From Candidatus Omnitrophota bacterium (GTDB lineage: Bacteria > Omnitrophota > Gorgyraeia > JAFGGP01), in the NCBI GenBank assembly GCA_016930485.1, contig JAFGGP010000011.1, forward strand, positions 51,196-115,195: DNA of 64,000 nucleotides, written 5' to 3'. Each line of letters opens with the position of its first letter. Within the stretch, counting starts at the first letter, position 1. Below are positions 28,658 to 38,071 of the stretch, piece after piece. Made by a program: the position numbers and the translations under genes. The notes beneath the pieces are model-generated. The model ran no database searches, was not told where the DNA came from, and saw only the letters and a program-made list of their open reading frames with translations.

Positions 28658-29758
28658 ATGTCTTTAGAGTGCATCGTTTGCAGTTCGACACAGTGCACGT
28701 TATTGATTAAACAAGGCGGGTACGACATTTTTAGGTGCCGCCGCTGCCGCCTGATTTTCGCCCATCCCCTCCCGGATGCCGGCCAGCTGGGCGCGTTTTA
28801 TCAGAATTTTGGCCATAATCGCGAAGAGGCAGACTGTCCTGATGAACAGAGACTCATTGTTGAAGGGGCGATGAGAGAAAAAATTCGTCTTGCCAGGGAA
28901 ATCGCCGTCTCGCCGATAAAGACCTTTCTCGATATAGGTGCGGGCTGCGGCTATTATCTGCACGGGGCGAAAAAGGCGGGGTTGGACGTGACAGGCGTGG
29001 AACTGGACGCTAGTGCCGTTATGTTTGCCCGGGAGCATCTGGGGCTCGAAATAAAAGAGGGAGGTTTTCTGGAGGCAGCTCTCGAGGACAATTATTTTGA
29101 CTTTGTCCACCTTCGTAACTCTATCGAGCATTTTACGGACCCAGGGGAGTGCCTTTTGAAGATAAACCATATCATGAAAAAGGGCGGGGTATTAATACTG
29201 GAGACACCGAATTCCCAAAGCCCCGAGCACCTGGTGCGCCGGTTATTTCTGGATGCCGTAAAAACCCTGAGACGGAATATGCCCGGCCGGGCCGCGTGGT
29301 GGTATTGGAAGACGGCACTTATGCGGCCCTGGGCATATGTTGATCCCCCGCGACATCTCTATGGCTTCAATAAGCACAACATCGATCTTCTTCTGGCGAC
29401 TTATGGATTCAAAAGTTACGACATTATGGCCAAGCCGCTGGGCGACCCTGTTTATCATCCTGTTTCCCCCGGCGCCCAGAGGCAACGCGATGCTGAGATG
29501 CGCGCTGCCGAGGCGCGTCTTTTTTCAAGCTCCAGGCTGCGGTATTGTCTCTATGTCTTTGGATGGAAACCTGTTGCTTTTATCTTACAAAAGATAATCG
29601 CACGGGCCGGAATGGGGAATAATCTGGTTGTGTATGCTGTAAAAGAGAAGACGGTTGCACGCAAGTGTGCGGCGCCGACCGAAGAGCTTATTACGGGACG
29701 CCGCCAGGATATGTCTACATCAGAAACAAAGAGCGCACTCATACAATGTACAGCCTAA
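28658..29758 (+). CDS. Class-I SAM-dependent methyltransferase with an N-terminal C4 zinc-ribbon (paralog of 24701..25564)
   Basis: CIVCSS...CRRCRL zinc-ribbon. SAM motif FLDIGAGCGYYL and motif II FDFVHLRNSIEHF. Same architecture as the gene at 24701. Confidence 0.65.
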   Translation: MSLECIVCSSTQCTLLIKQGGYDIFRCRRCRLIFAHPLPDAGQLGAFYQNFGHNREEADCPDEQRLIVEGAMREKIRLAREIAVSPIKTFLDIGAGCGYYLHGAKKAGLDVTGVELDASAVMFAREHLGLEIKEGGFLEAALEDNYFDFVHLRNSIEHFTDPGECLLKINHIMKKGGVLILETPNSQSPEHLVRRLFLDAVKTLRRNMPGRAAWWYWKTALMRPWAYVDPPRHLYGFNKHNIDLLLATYGFKSYDIMAKPLGDPVYHPVSPGAQRQRDAEMRAAEARLFSSSRLRYCLYVFGWKPVAFILQKIIARAGMGNNLVVYAVKEKTVARKCAAPTEELITGRRQDMSTSETKSALIQCTA

Positions 29759-31155
29759 TTATACCCACATCGGCGCCTCAGAAAAGACATTCTCGGCGAT
29801 ATAGTATGCTGTGGAAGAAAATGCGGTCTTTTTTGCGCTATACGATCAAACCCTATGTGTATATCCCCATTACCTTTACCAAGCGGGTTCTTTTGGGCAA
29901 AGACCCCTATTGGCGGCAGTACTTCTGGAGTCGGTGGGGGTATGTGCCGAGAACGGTGGCGCGGGAACTTCAAAAGGCGCAACCCTTTTTTATAGCAGCG
30001 GATAGTTTCGGAGAGGTCAACGAGCTTTTTTCTTTCTGTAAGAGGCTTAAAGAAAGTTTTCCAGAGACACCGATTCTGGTCTCGACGAATACCGAGAACG
30101 GCTTTTCTCTGGCAAAAAGGATAGAGGCTGTTGATTTTGTTATCGATGCGCCGTGGGATCTTCCCGGTCCGACAAGGAGAGTACTCAGGGCCTGTTCTCC
30201 CAGGGCCTTGATTGTGATAGAACAGATCAGATTTCCGGTGCTTGTGCGTGAGGCAAAGGAGCTGAACATACCGACACTTCTCTGCAGTGGTTTTTTATCG
30301 GAAGACTGGGAAAATGTTCTTTCAGCCTTCAGGGCTGTAACACTAAAGGCCTATACATATTTGGATGCTATTGGCGCTAAAGGCATATCTGAGGTCGATA
30401 CCTTTTTAAGGATAGGAGTTGATTCAAAAAAGATATCGGTAACCGGGGATTTAAAATGCGATCCCGGTCATATCAGGATTTCGTCGGACGAGCGTGATGA
30501 TCTGCTGAAATCGGTAGCCTGTCATGATAGCCGTCCCGTATTTCTGGCAGCAAGCATACACAAAGAGGAGGCCTCCGCGATTATAGAGGGGTACCGGTTG
30601 GCAAAAAGGCGCGTACCGTTGCTTCGGTTATTGTGCGTCCCGCGCTATCCGGGGGAATTGGATTTTTTTGAAAGACTACTAGCAAAAAACGGCCTGGCTT
30701 TTGTGAAAAAATCCCTCATCACGAAAGACACTCTATCCAACGACCACTCGATTATATTAGTGGATACTATGGGTGAGCTGGCAAAATTATACGCCGTTGC
30801 CTCCCTTGCCTTTATCGGCGGCAGTTTTATGAAGATAGAAGGTCCCGGAAGAGGGGGGCACAATATAATGGAACCGGTTATCCAGAGCTGCCCCTTTTTA
30901 TTCGGACCTTATTTGTATCATCGCAGCGACATTCTTCGTCGTCTTGCGTCTGCCTGCCCGCATATAGTGGTGAGGACAGAAGAGGATCTTGCCTCAGGTA
31001 TTCAGAAGTTGCTGGAGGATCAGCATCACCTTACGTTACTCAGGGGCGTTATGAGTGAGATTGTGAACGAGAATGCATCCACGGTAGAAGTAAACATTGA
31101 TTTCGTAAAGAGATATACGGCTGTGTCAGGGGCACCCGTTACAGCTGTAACCTAG
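29746..31155 (+). CDS. WaaA/KdtA-family (GT30) ulosonic-acid transferase homolog
   Basis: Two conserved blocks align with E. coli WaaA: VLVSTNTENGFSLAKR and ILVDTMGELAKLYAVASLAFIGGSFMKIEGPGRGGHNIMEP...FGPYLYHRSDI. The start is ambiguous (29746 or 29806). Confidence 0.7.
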   Translation: MYSLIIPTSAPQKRHSRRYSMLWKKMRSFLRYTIKPYVYIPITFTKRVLLGKDPYWRQYFWSRWGYVPRTVARELQKAQPFFIAADSFGEVNELFSFCKRLKESFPETPILVSTNTENGFSLAKRIEAVDFVIDAPWDLPGPTRRVLRACSPRALIVIEQIRFPVLVREAKELNIPTLLCSGFLSEDWENVLSAFRAVTLKAYTYLDAIGAKGISEVDTFLRIGVDSKKISVTGDLKCDPGHIRISSDERDDLLKSVACHDSRPVFLAASIHKEEASAIIEGYRLAKRRVPLLRLLCVPRYPGELDFFERLLAKNGLAFVKKSLITKDTLSNDHSIILVDTMGELAKLYAVASLAFIGGSFMKIEGPGRGGHNIMEPVIQSCPFLFGPYLYHRSDILRRLASACPHIVVRTEEDLASGIQKLLEDQHHLTLLRGVMSEIVNENASTVEVNIDFVKRYTAVSGAPVTAVT

Positions 31156-31171
31156 ATAAAGGGGAGACGCG

Positions 31172-32761
31172 TTGGCAATCACCGATCTTAAGGAAAACGT
31201 CGAGGAAAAGGACCAGGCCGCGAAGAGAGCTGACGGACAATACAGTACCAGCCAGGTGCAAAGGCGCATAGTAAAAGATACCAGTCTCTTTTCCTTTGCC
31301 AGCATCTTTTCGCTTGTCATGTCTTTTTTCAGGGGAATGGTCATTCCTAATCTGCTTGGGCCGGTATATTACGGGATGCTGAACGGCCTGTCCGTCATAT
31401 CAAACCATACTCAGTATTCTCATATGGGCATTTCCAACGGAATGTCCTTTTGGATTCCCCATTATCGCGGCAAAGGTGATGAGCGCGCGATTGAAGAAGT
31501 GCGGAACGCAACCTTTACCGTTGCGGTGATTACCGGGGCGTTTGCCTCTGCCCTTATTTTTGTCATTTTGGGTATTGTGTGGAAACGCCTGGATATACCG
31601 GTAAGGGCGGGGTTGGGGGTATTCGCCTGTTTGGTTTTTATACAAAACCTGCGTATTTTTATAAACCTTGCCTTGCGGAGCGATCACCGCTTCAAACTGA
31701 TCAGTCTGATTACCATGCTGGAGTCCTTTTTTGCCACCGGTCTGGTCATCTCGCTTGCCTGGTTTTTTAAAATCTACGGTGTCTTTGCGGCAATGCTTCT
31801 CTCAAGCGGCTATTTTTTGCTTTTTTCCTTCGTTAAGGCAAAGTACCTGTTACGGTGGTACATGAAGAAAAAGGTTTTGCTGGATTTGCTATCGGTAGGG
31901 TTTCCTTTATTTATAATAGGATTATGCAATGTATTTTTTCTGGGCATCGACAGAATTCTTATTATCAAGGTGCTGGGTTTAAAGAATCTGGGGTTTTACG
32001 CCCTTGGCCTTACCCTGGCGACCTATCTCAAGACTATTCCGATAGCCTTTTCAAAGATAATAGCCCCGAGGGTGTATGAGGAGTCAAGCAGAGAGGAAGG
32101 AGACACGGTGCAGTACCTGGTAGACCCTGTCATATGTCTTAGCCTGCTTGCCGTTACCATGATCGGCTTTTTATATTTGATAGTGCCATGGTTTTTTTCC
32201 GAGATTTTTCCGGCCTATATTTCAGGCATACGCAGCGGACAGATTCTTTTGATCTCCGCCTATTTCCCTATCGTTGCCCTTATACCCAGTCAGATTATTA
32301 TTGGGCAGAGGAGGATGGCCCAGGTATTGGTGTTTCAGTTACTCGCTATCGGGGTGGCCTTTTTCTTCGGCCTTCTGGCCTTCAAGAGGGGGATGGGCAT
32401 CGAAGGTATGGCAGCCGCCATGCTCTTAGCCCATGCCCTATATGCTGTTCTTGCGTTATATGGCGCGTCACGCCTGACTATAAAAAACCGATGTAACATG
32501 CTCACTTTTTTTGCCTCTTTATCAGGTATTTTCTGCTACGGGATTCTGACGGCATATGGATTAGAGGGTTGTGGCTGGTTTTTCGGCTGCCGTGAAGGGT
32601 GCGCCCTTGTCCTCAAGACCCTTGTTTTTGTCGCAGGTCTTATTCCTGTGTATTATGTCGTGTCGCGTCGGTCATGGATGTTTAAAGAAATTGTTACATT
32701 AAGCGGGCTCGGCCTTTCCCGCATTAAAAATCGTATGAATGGAACAACCCTAGAGGTGTAA
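31172..32761 (+). CDS. Wzx-like polysaccharide flippase (MOP superfamily, Polysacc_synt type)
   Basis: TTG start 5 nt after an AAAGGGGAG RBS. About 12-14 predicted TM helices across 529 aa with no soluble domain. Confidence 0.55.
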   Translation: MAITDLKENVEEKDQAAKRADGQYSTSQVQRRIVKDTSLFSFASIFSLVMSFFRGMVIPNLLGPVYYGMLNGLSVISNHTQYSHMGISNGMSFWIPHYRGKGDERAIEEVRNATFTVAVITGAFASALIFVILGIVWKRLDIPVRAGLGVFACLVFIQNLRIFINLALRSDHRFKLISLITMLESFFATGLVISLAWFFKIYGVFAAMLLSSGYFLLFSFVKAKYLLRWYMKKKVLLDLLSVGFPLFIIGLCNVFFLGIDRILIIKVLGLKNLGFYALGLTLATYLKTIPIAFSKIIAPRVYEESSREEGDTVQYLVDPVICLSLLAVTMIGFLYLIVPWFFSEIFPAYISGIRSGQILLISAYFPIVALIPSQIIIGQRRMAQVLVFQLLAIGVAFFFGLLAFKRGMGIEGMAAAMLLAHALYAVLALYGASRLTIKNRCNMLTFFASLSGIFCYGILTAYGLEGCGWFFGCREGCALVLKTLVFVAGLIPVYYVVSRRSWMFKEIVTLSGLGLSRIKNRMNGTTLEV

Positions 32762-32768
32762 TGGCGCA

Positions 32769-34664
32769 ATGGAACACCCTGCCCCTCATTCTTATAAGAG
32801 CAATAAGTCAGTCATGATGGTTTTTGCCGCGCCGGTCGAAGAGAGACGTTACGAACAGCTGGTTAAGAAGATGACGTCCCGCTTTGAAAGGGTATCCGTT
32901 ATTTTCTTAAACGGTGAACCCCGGCAGATTCTATTCTCGAACGGATGTCCGAGGCATCTTCAAACAAAAGACATTCCTTACGAGACTGCCTTCCGGAAGG
33001 CGAAGTCCTTGTCAAAGGAGATCATCGAAAACATAACCGCGTTCCCGGAGAAGATGTTTTATTTTGGTTCGGTTTCGCTGGAGCCGGCATTTGATAAAAG
33101 CCTTCTCAAACGGCTTATGCAGTATGTGGGGGGATTTCTCAGGCTTGAAGATGCATTAAAAGACGAGCACCCCGACAGTATCTTTATTTACACAGAAGAT
33201 CTTTTCGAACGTGCACTGTTCTCTTCGCTAAAGAACGTTTTTCCGCAGGGTGCCTTTCACTTTGTTTCCGGTTTTTCATTGCGCCGGGCCGCATTTTTTT
33301 CTTTGTACATCAAAGGCTGGATGAGATTGTTTCGAGACCTTGCCTATGAACCGAGACCGCCTTTTAGACATGCAGGCCGTGCTGACGAGGCGAATGCATC
33401 ACCGTCCGCTGTTTTCCTGGACGATCACCCGCTTTTATTGGAAAGAATGGCGCCCCTTTTTAAGCGTTTTGTCGAGCAGAACTGGAAGGTAACCGTGGTC
33501 GGCTTTGGCAAAACGCGTAAAAGCGGCTGGGAACAGGCGGGTCTTGCGAGCCGCGTTTTTGGGAATCACCCGATAGGATTCCGGCTTCTTTTGGAGCGCT
33601 GGCGCTATATACTACGTTTCAGGAAGGTATATAGAAAGAGGGGCTTTACTCCTCACAGTGAGAAATGGAATGAGATGAGGCGGTATATTGCCTGTGAGGA
33701 AACCTATCGTATTATCTATACCTATCAAAAGATCAACCAGGCGTTGAGCGACCTTCAGCCAGAGGCCATTCTTTTTACTAATCGGCAGGTATTCGGTACG
33801 TTAATCGGTCTTGTGGCCAGGGCATCCGGGATTCCCGCGGTATGGATCCAGGAGGCCGGCCACTTCCTCCAGACGGCGATGTCAGTTAACAATGAGCATC
33901 TTATAGCGGATTACTTTCTTGTGTGGGGAGACGTCAGTCGGGAGACGCTGGTAGAGGGCGGTATCGACAGGGATAAGATCTTTATAACAGGGGCCCTTAT
34001 GTTTGAGAACCTCTTAAAAGAAGCGCGGGATATCACTGTCGGCCAGCGGTGTATCTTTGAGGGCGACAAGGAGCGGAAGGAACCCGTATGCCGCGTACTG
34101 CTCATCTCCGTTTTTCCCAGCGACGGGGCTGTGACCAATCCCCAGCCGTCAAGCAGACTGAAAGAGGATATTTTGAAGGCGGTAGGCAATGTTATGAAGG
34201 ATATCCCATCGGCTGTGCTGGTGATCAAGCCGCACCCCTTTGATGAAAACGGGTCGTCTTTTGATGAAAAGATCATCGGAGCTATACTTCCCCGTTCACA
34301 GTATGAGATAGCATCCTCTGCGAGCGATCTTGTGACACTGGTTAAGGAGTCAGACGCCATGTTTCTTATGCACGGGTCGACTGCTGGTCTGTATGCGGTG
34401 CTCTTCGGCAAGCCCATTGTGATGATGTCAGAAAAAAGCAACCTGGCATTTAATTTATTCGTAGAAGAAAAGATGTCCGTTTACGCCGCTACACCCGCGG
34501 ACATCAAAGACGCGCTTCATTCGGCCCTTTTTGACAAGGAGACACAGGACCGTTTGTTTAATAAAAGAAACGAATTCCTGGATCGGTACCTCAGCGTGAA
34601 TAATGAGGGTTTGCCTTCGGAAAATATCAGTACTTTTTTGAAGGAGCGCGTGTTAAGGACATGA
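32769..34664 (+). CDS. KpsS/KpsC/LpsZ-like (Capsule_synth family) putative glycosyltransferase with a long N-terminal extension
   Basis: C-terminal block VLVIKPHPFDE...DAMFLMHGSTAGLYAVLFGKPIVMM resembles the HP...S-T-x-G...G-K-P motif set of KpsS/LpsZ capsule transferases. The N-terminal ~350 aa are unassigned. Weak call. Confidence 0.4.
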   Translation: MEHPAPHSYKSNKSVMMVFAAPVEERRYEQLVKKMTSRFERVSVIFLNGEPRQILFSNGCPRHLQTKDIPYETAFRKAKSLSKEIIENITAFPEKMFYFGSVSLEPAFDKSLLKRLMQYVGGFLRLEDALKDEHPDSIFIYTEDLFERALFSSLKNVFPQGAFHFVSGFSLRRAAFFSLYIKGWMRLFRDLAYEPRPPFRHAGRADEANASPSAVFLDDHPLLLERMAPLFKRFVEQNWKVTVVGFGKTRKSGWEQAGLASRVFGNHPIGFRLLLERWRYILRFRKVYRKRGFTPHSEKWNEMRRYIACEETYRIIYTYQKINQALSDLQPEAILFTNRQVFGTLIGLVARASGIPAVWIQEAGHFLQTAMSVNNEHLIADYFLVWGDVSRETLVEGGIDRDKIFITGALMFENLLKEARDITVGQRCIFEGDKERKEPVCRVLLISVFPSDGAVTNPQPSSRLKEDILKAVGNVMKDIPSAVLVIKPHPFDENGSSFDEKIIGAILPRSQYEIASSASDLVTLVKESDAMFLMHGSTAGLYAVLFGKPIVMMSEKSNLAFNLFVEEKMSVYAATPADIKDALHSALFDKETQDRLFNKRNEFLDRYLSVNNEGLPSENISTFLKERVLRT

Positions 34665-34668
34665 CTTC

Positions 34669-35727
34669 ATGAGACTATACTTATCGACGTTAGCGAAAAA
34701 AATCGGGGTTTCCTGCTCCTATCGATTGAAGAAGGCGCGGCACAACGCCTTTTTGGCAGAGGCAACCCTCCCGCGCGTTGTTCACATCGAAAACACAAAC
34801 GCCTGTAACGCACGCTGTGTCATGTGTCCCCGCGAGAAAATGAAACGGCCTGTAGGATATATGGACCTGGCTCTTTTTAAGCGACTTATCGATGAATGCA
34901 GCCAGTGGGACTCTTTGGAGGAGGTGCATTTGCATGGGTTCGGTGAGCCCCTTATCGATCCCTATCTGACGGAGCGGGTGCGGTATGCCAAGGAAAAGGG
35001 CATACGAGATACCTATGTCGTTACTAATGCCTCTCTCCTGACCTCTGAGGTTTCAGAAAGGTTGATATGTGCCGGTCTGGACAGGATCAAAGTGAGTTTC
35101 TACGGGGCCACCAAGGAGGCCTATGAGGTTATCCATAGAGGGCTGACCTTTGAGGTAGTAAAGGACAATGTGCGGGATCTTTTTGATGTCCGGAGACGTC
35201 TTGATCGCAGCAATCCGAGGATATGCCTTCAATTTTTGCCCCAGAGCGCCAATAGTCATGAAGAAGGGATTTTTAAGGACACCTGGCAGGATATCATAGA
35301 CCTCTCCAGGGGCGATCGTCTTTCACAGGCACAGCTGCACAACTATGCGACGGGAAGGGTGTATAACCCGGTCAACAAGAAGGCCAGACGAACGAGTTGC
35401 GGGCTCCCGTTCGAAACGATGCACATTTTGTGGAACGGCGATGTAGCGCCCTGTTGTTACGATTATAACGGTTGTCTTGTATTGGGAAATGTAGTAGCTG
35501 CGGGCCTCAGGGAGGTCTGGAATAATAAGGCATTCCAGCACCTGAGAAAGGTTCATAGGAACAGGACTTTTTCGCGGGTTCCCTTGTGCGACGGCTGCGA
35601 TCAGCTCAAGGTGCCACGCTCGATAGAAAAAAGGCTGCTCTCTTATTTTGCTCTTACCATACCTCCCGAAAGGGATGTGGCAGTGGCAGGAGGGGCGGAA
35701 AAAAGAGAAGCCGCATTAAAGAGTTAA
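34669..35727 (+). CDS. Radical SAM enzyme with a C-terminal SPASM/twitch-type auxiliary Fe-S domain
   Basis: CNARCVMC (CxxxCxxC) radical-SAM cluster motif and a GFGEPL SAM-binding motif. Cys-rich C-terminus (CGLPFE...CCYDYNGC...CDGCDQ) typical of SPASM domains. Paralog of the C-terminal domain of 58515..60686. Confidence 0.8.
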   Translation: MRLYLSTLAKKIGVSCSYRLKKARHNAFLAEATLPRVVHIENTNACNARCVMCPREKMKRPVGYMDLALFKRLIDECSQWDSLEEVHLHGFGEPLIDPYLTERVRYAKEKGIRDTYVVTNASLLTSEVSERLICAGLDRIKVSFYGATKEAYEVIHRGLTFEVVKDNVRDLFDVRRRLDRSNPRICLQFLPQSANSHEEGIFKDTWQDIIDLSRGDRLSQAQLHNYATGRVYNPVNKKARRTSCGLPFETMHILWNGDVAPCCYDYNGCLVLGNVVAAGLREVWNNKAFQHLRKVHRNRTFSRVPLCDGCDQLKVPRSIEKRLLSYFALTIPPERDVAVAGGAEKREAALKS

Positions 35728-35777
35728 GACACACGGATTTGGTTACGGACAAGGACGTTTCCTGAAAAGGAGCCATA

Positions 35778-36983
35778 GTGCAAGAACGCATTAAACTGTT
35801 ATGTATCTGCAATGACCTGGCTATGGGGGGGATCCAGAAACTCCTGGTCACCACGGCCTCTGTTTTAAACAGGGATTTTTTTGATATTACGGTTTGTTCC
35901 ATAGGGAGCGATGTGACACTGGCTAAGGAGTTGGAAGATCTCGGTGTCAAGATTATTGCGTTAGGCCGAAGGTGTAAAATCTATAATATTCTTATTGCGG
36001 GGGATCTGTTTGACATCATAAGAACAACGAAGCCCCACATCGTGCATACACATTCATTCTACTCCAATTTTCACGGCAGGCTCGCGGCCTTTTTTTTAGG
36101 AGTTCCCTGCATCGTCGCAAGCGAACACGGGACCTATTCCAGCCGCAAGGGGCTGCGGCACAGACTGCTGGATTTGTGTTTGTCCGCCGTTTCCGACCGC
36201 GTTATTGCGGTATCACGTGCGGTGAAGAATTTTCTGGTCCAGGAAGAACATATTCCAGAGAAGAAAATCAGCGTTATCTATAACACCTTGGATTTCACAA
36301 AGATGGTTTCTCGCGATAGGGCCGTTGCACGGAAAGAGTTTCAATGGGAGGCCTCTGCCGTCTTATTGGGGCATGTGGGCACGTATACACCGACCAAGGG
36401 ACAGGATATAGCTATCGAGGTAATGAATCGCATCGTCCGCGATATCCCTCAGGCCTGCCTCATTCTGGTTGGGGCTGATCCAGTAAGGTATCGGAAGGTG
36501 CTTTCGGAGAGGGTGAGAGAACTGGGGCTGACCGGGAAGGTGCAGTTTTTTGACCGGGTAGATGATATGACCCTTTTTCTGAGCGCCCTCGATCTTTTTT
36601 TGTTCCCCTCTGCTACAGAGGGGTTTGGTCTTGCTGTTCTCGAGGCAGCCGCGATGGGAGTCCCGGTTGTCGCCTATGCTACCGAGGGAATACAGGAGAT
36701 ATTCGAAGACACCAGGGGCGTTTATCTGGTTTCGGAGAGAAGTCCCGAAGCGATCTCACACGCGACAAAAACGGTTATTTACAATATCGAACAGGCACGG
36801 GTCGATGCACTTCTGGTCAAGGAACATGTCAGAGAGAAATTTGCTCCAGGGATTTTTGCCGGCCAGCTAGAGAAACTCTACACGGATATTTTAACAGCGA
36901 AGGGCGTTGCGGTATTGCCGAAGGAATCGGTCTCCCGGTCGGAGCCAGCCCTTACCCAAACCTTTACCCGGAAGCCATCATGA
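35778..36983 (+). CDS. GT4-family glycosyltransferase
   Basis: GTG start after an AAAAGGAG RBS. C-terminal E-x7-E region FPSATEGFGLAVLEAAAMGVPVVA. Confidence 0.75.
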   Translation: MQERIKLLCICNDLAMGGIQKLLVTTASVLNRDFFDITVCSIGSDVTLAKELEDLGVKIIALGRRCKIYNILIAGDLFDIIRTTKPHIVHTHSFYSNFHGRLAAFFLGVPCIVASEHGTYSSRKGLRHRLLDLCLSAVSDRVIAVSRAVKNFLVQEEHIPEKKISVIYNTLDFTKMVSRDRAVARKEFQWEASAVLLGHVGTYTPTKGQDIAIEVMNRIVRDIPQACLILVGADPVRYRKVLSERVRELGLTGKVQFFDRVDDMTLFLSALDLFLFPSATEGFGLAVLEAAAMGVPVVAYATEGIQEIFEDTRGVYLVSERSPEAISHATKTVIYNIEQARVDALLVKEHVREKFAPGIFAGQLEKLYTDILTAKGVAVLPKESVSRSEPALTQTFTRKPS

Positions 36984-38071
36984 GACTTGTAACGGTTCTT
37001 GGAGCGCGGCCGCAGTTTATTAAGGCCGCATTACTTTCGCGTCTCCTCAGAGATGAGGGGGTGTCGGAAATCCTGGTCCATACCGGTCAGCATTATGAGG
37101 CGGAACTTTCGGATATCTTTTTCAGGGATCTTCAGATACCGACACCGGATTATGAACTGGGGGTGGGTTCGGGCAGTCACGCAGCACAGACCGCCTCTAT
37201 GATGGAGCGGCTCGAGCATGTTCTATGCAAAGAGAACCCTGATTATGTCCTGGTGTACGGGGATACCAATTCAACACTGGCTGCTGCCCTGGTGGCCGCA
37301 AAACTGAACATTCCCGTGGCGCACGTCGAGGCGGGTCTGCGCAGTTATAACCGCACCATGCCGGAAGAGATCAATCGCGTCATTACCGATCATCTTTCTT
37401 CTTTGCTTTTTTGTCCGACCGCTACCGCGGTTGACAACTTAAAGGCCGAGGGCATCACAGAAGGGATTTTTTGGGTCGGTGACATTATGTACGAATTATT
37501 TCTGCGTACACACGCGCGCTTGGAACTGAGTAGCGCGGTATGTGAAAAGTGGGGCATCCAGGAAAACCGCTATTATTTACTGACCCTGCACCGTCCGGGC
37601 AATGTTGACCACACAGAAACGCTGCGACTTACCCTGGATACCCTTTCCCGGCTTAAAGAAAAGATTATTTTTCCGCTGCACCCGCGGACAGCAAAGACCG
37701 TGAACATGCTCTATCAGGACGGCTTTGCGTTCGGCGACAATTTCATCGTCATGAAACCGGTTGGGTATCTTGAGATGTTGCAGCTGGAACGGTGTGCCAA
37801 GGCGATTATTACCGATTCGGGGGGTGTGCAGAAAGAGGCCTTTTTTCTTAGAAAGCCGTGTTTCACCCTGCGCCCGCAGACCGAGTGGATCGAGACGGTC
37901 AAGACCGGCTGGAATCAGTTGCTGTCGGTTGGGCCGGCTATGCTTGATGCACTTGAGGCCGTCAGGGAAGGCGGGGCATATGATGAGACCCTGTTCGGAG
38001 ACGGGGATACCGCCCGGAAGATATACTCTATCTTTAAAGAGCACGTTGTAACCCAAGAGGTGCCCAGGTGA
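36980..38071 (+). CDS. UDP-N-acetylglucosamine 2-epimerase (non-hydrolysing; WecB/WbpI/MnaA family)
   Basis: MRLVTVLGARPQFIKAA...VHTGQHYE...GDTNSTLA motifs of the Epimerase_2 family. Confidence 0.8.
   Translation: MRLVTVLGARPQFIKAALLSRLLRDEGVSEILVHTGQHYEAELSDIFFRDLQIPTPDYELGVGSGSHAAQTASMMERLEHVLCKENPDYVLVYGDTNSTLAAALVAAKLNIPVAHVEAGLRSYNRTMPEEINRVITDHLSSLLFCPTATAVDNLKAEGITEGIFWVGDIMYELFLRTHARLELSSAVCEKWGIQENRYYLLTLHRPGNVDHTETLRLTLDTLSRLKEKIIFPLHPRTAKTVNMLYQDGFAFGDNFIVMKPVGYLEMLQLERCAKAIITDSGGVQKEAFFLRKPCFTLRPQTEWIETVKTGWNQLLSVGPAMLDALEAVREGGAYDETLFGDGDTARKIYSIFKEHVVTQEVPR

Noticed and set aside
34178-34185. GGCGGTAG match to the RfaH ops core
   Set aside because: It lies inside a coding region rather than in a 5' leader, has no JUMPStart context, and an 8-mer match is expected by chance in 64 kb.
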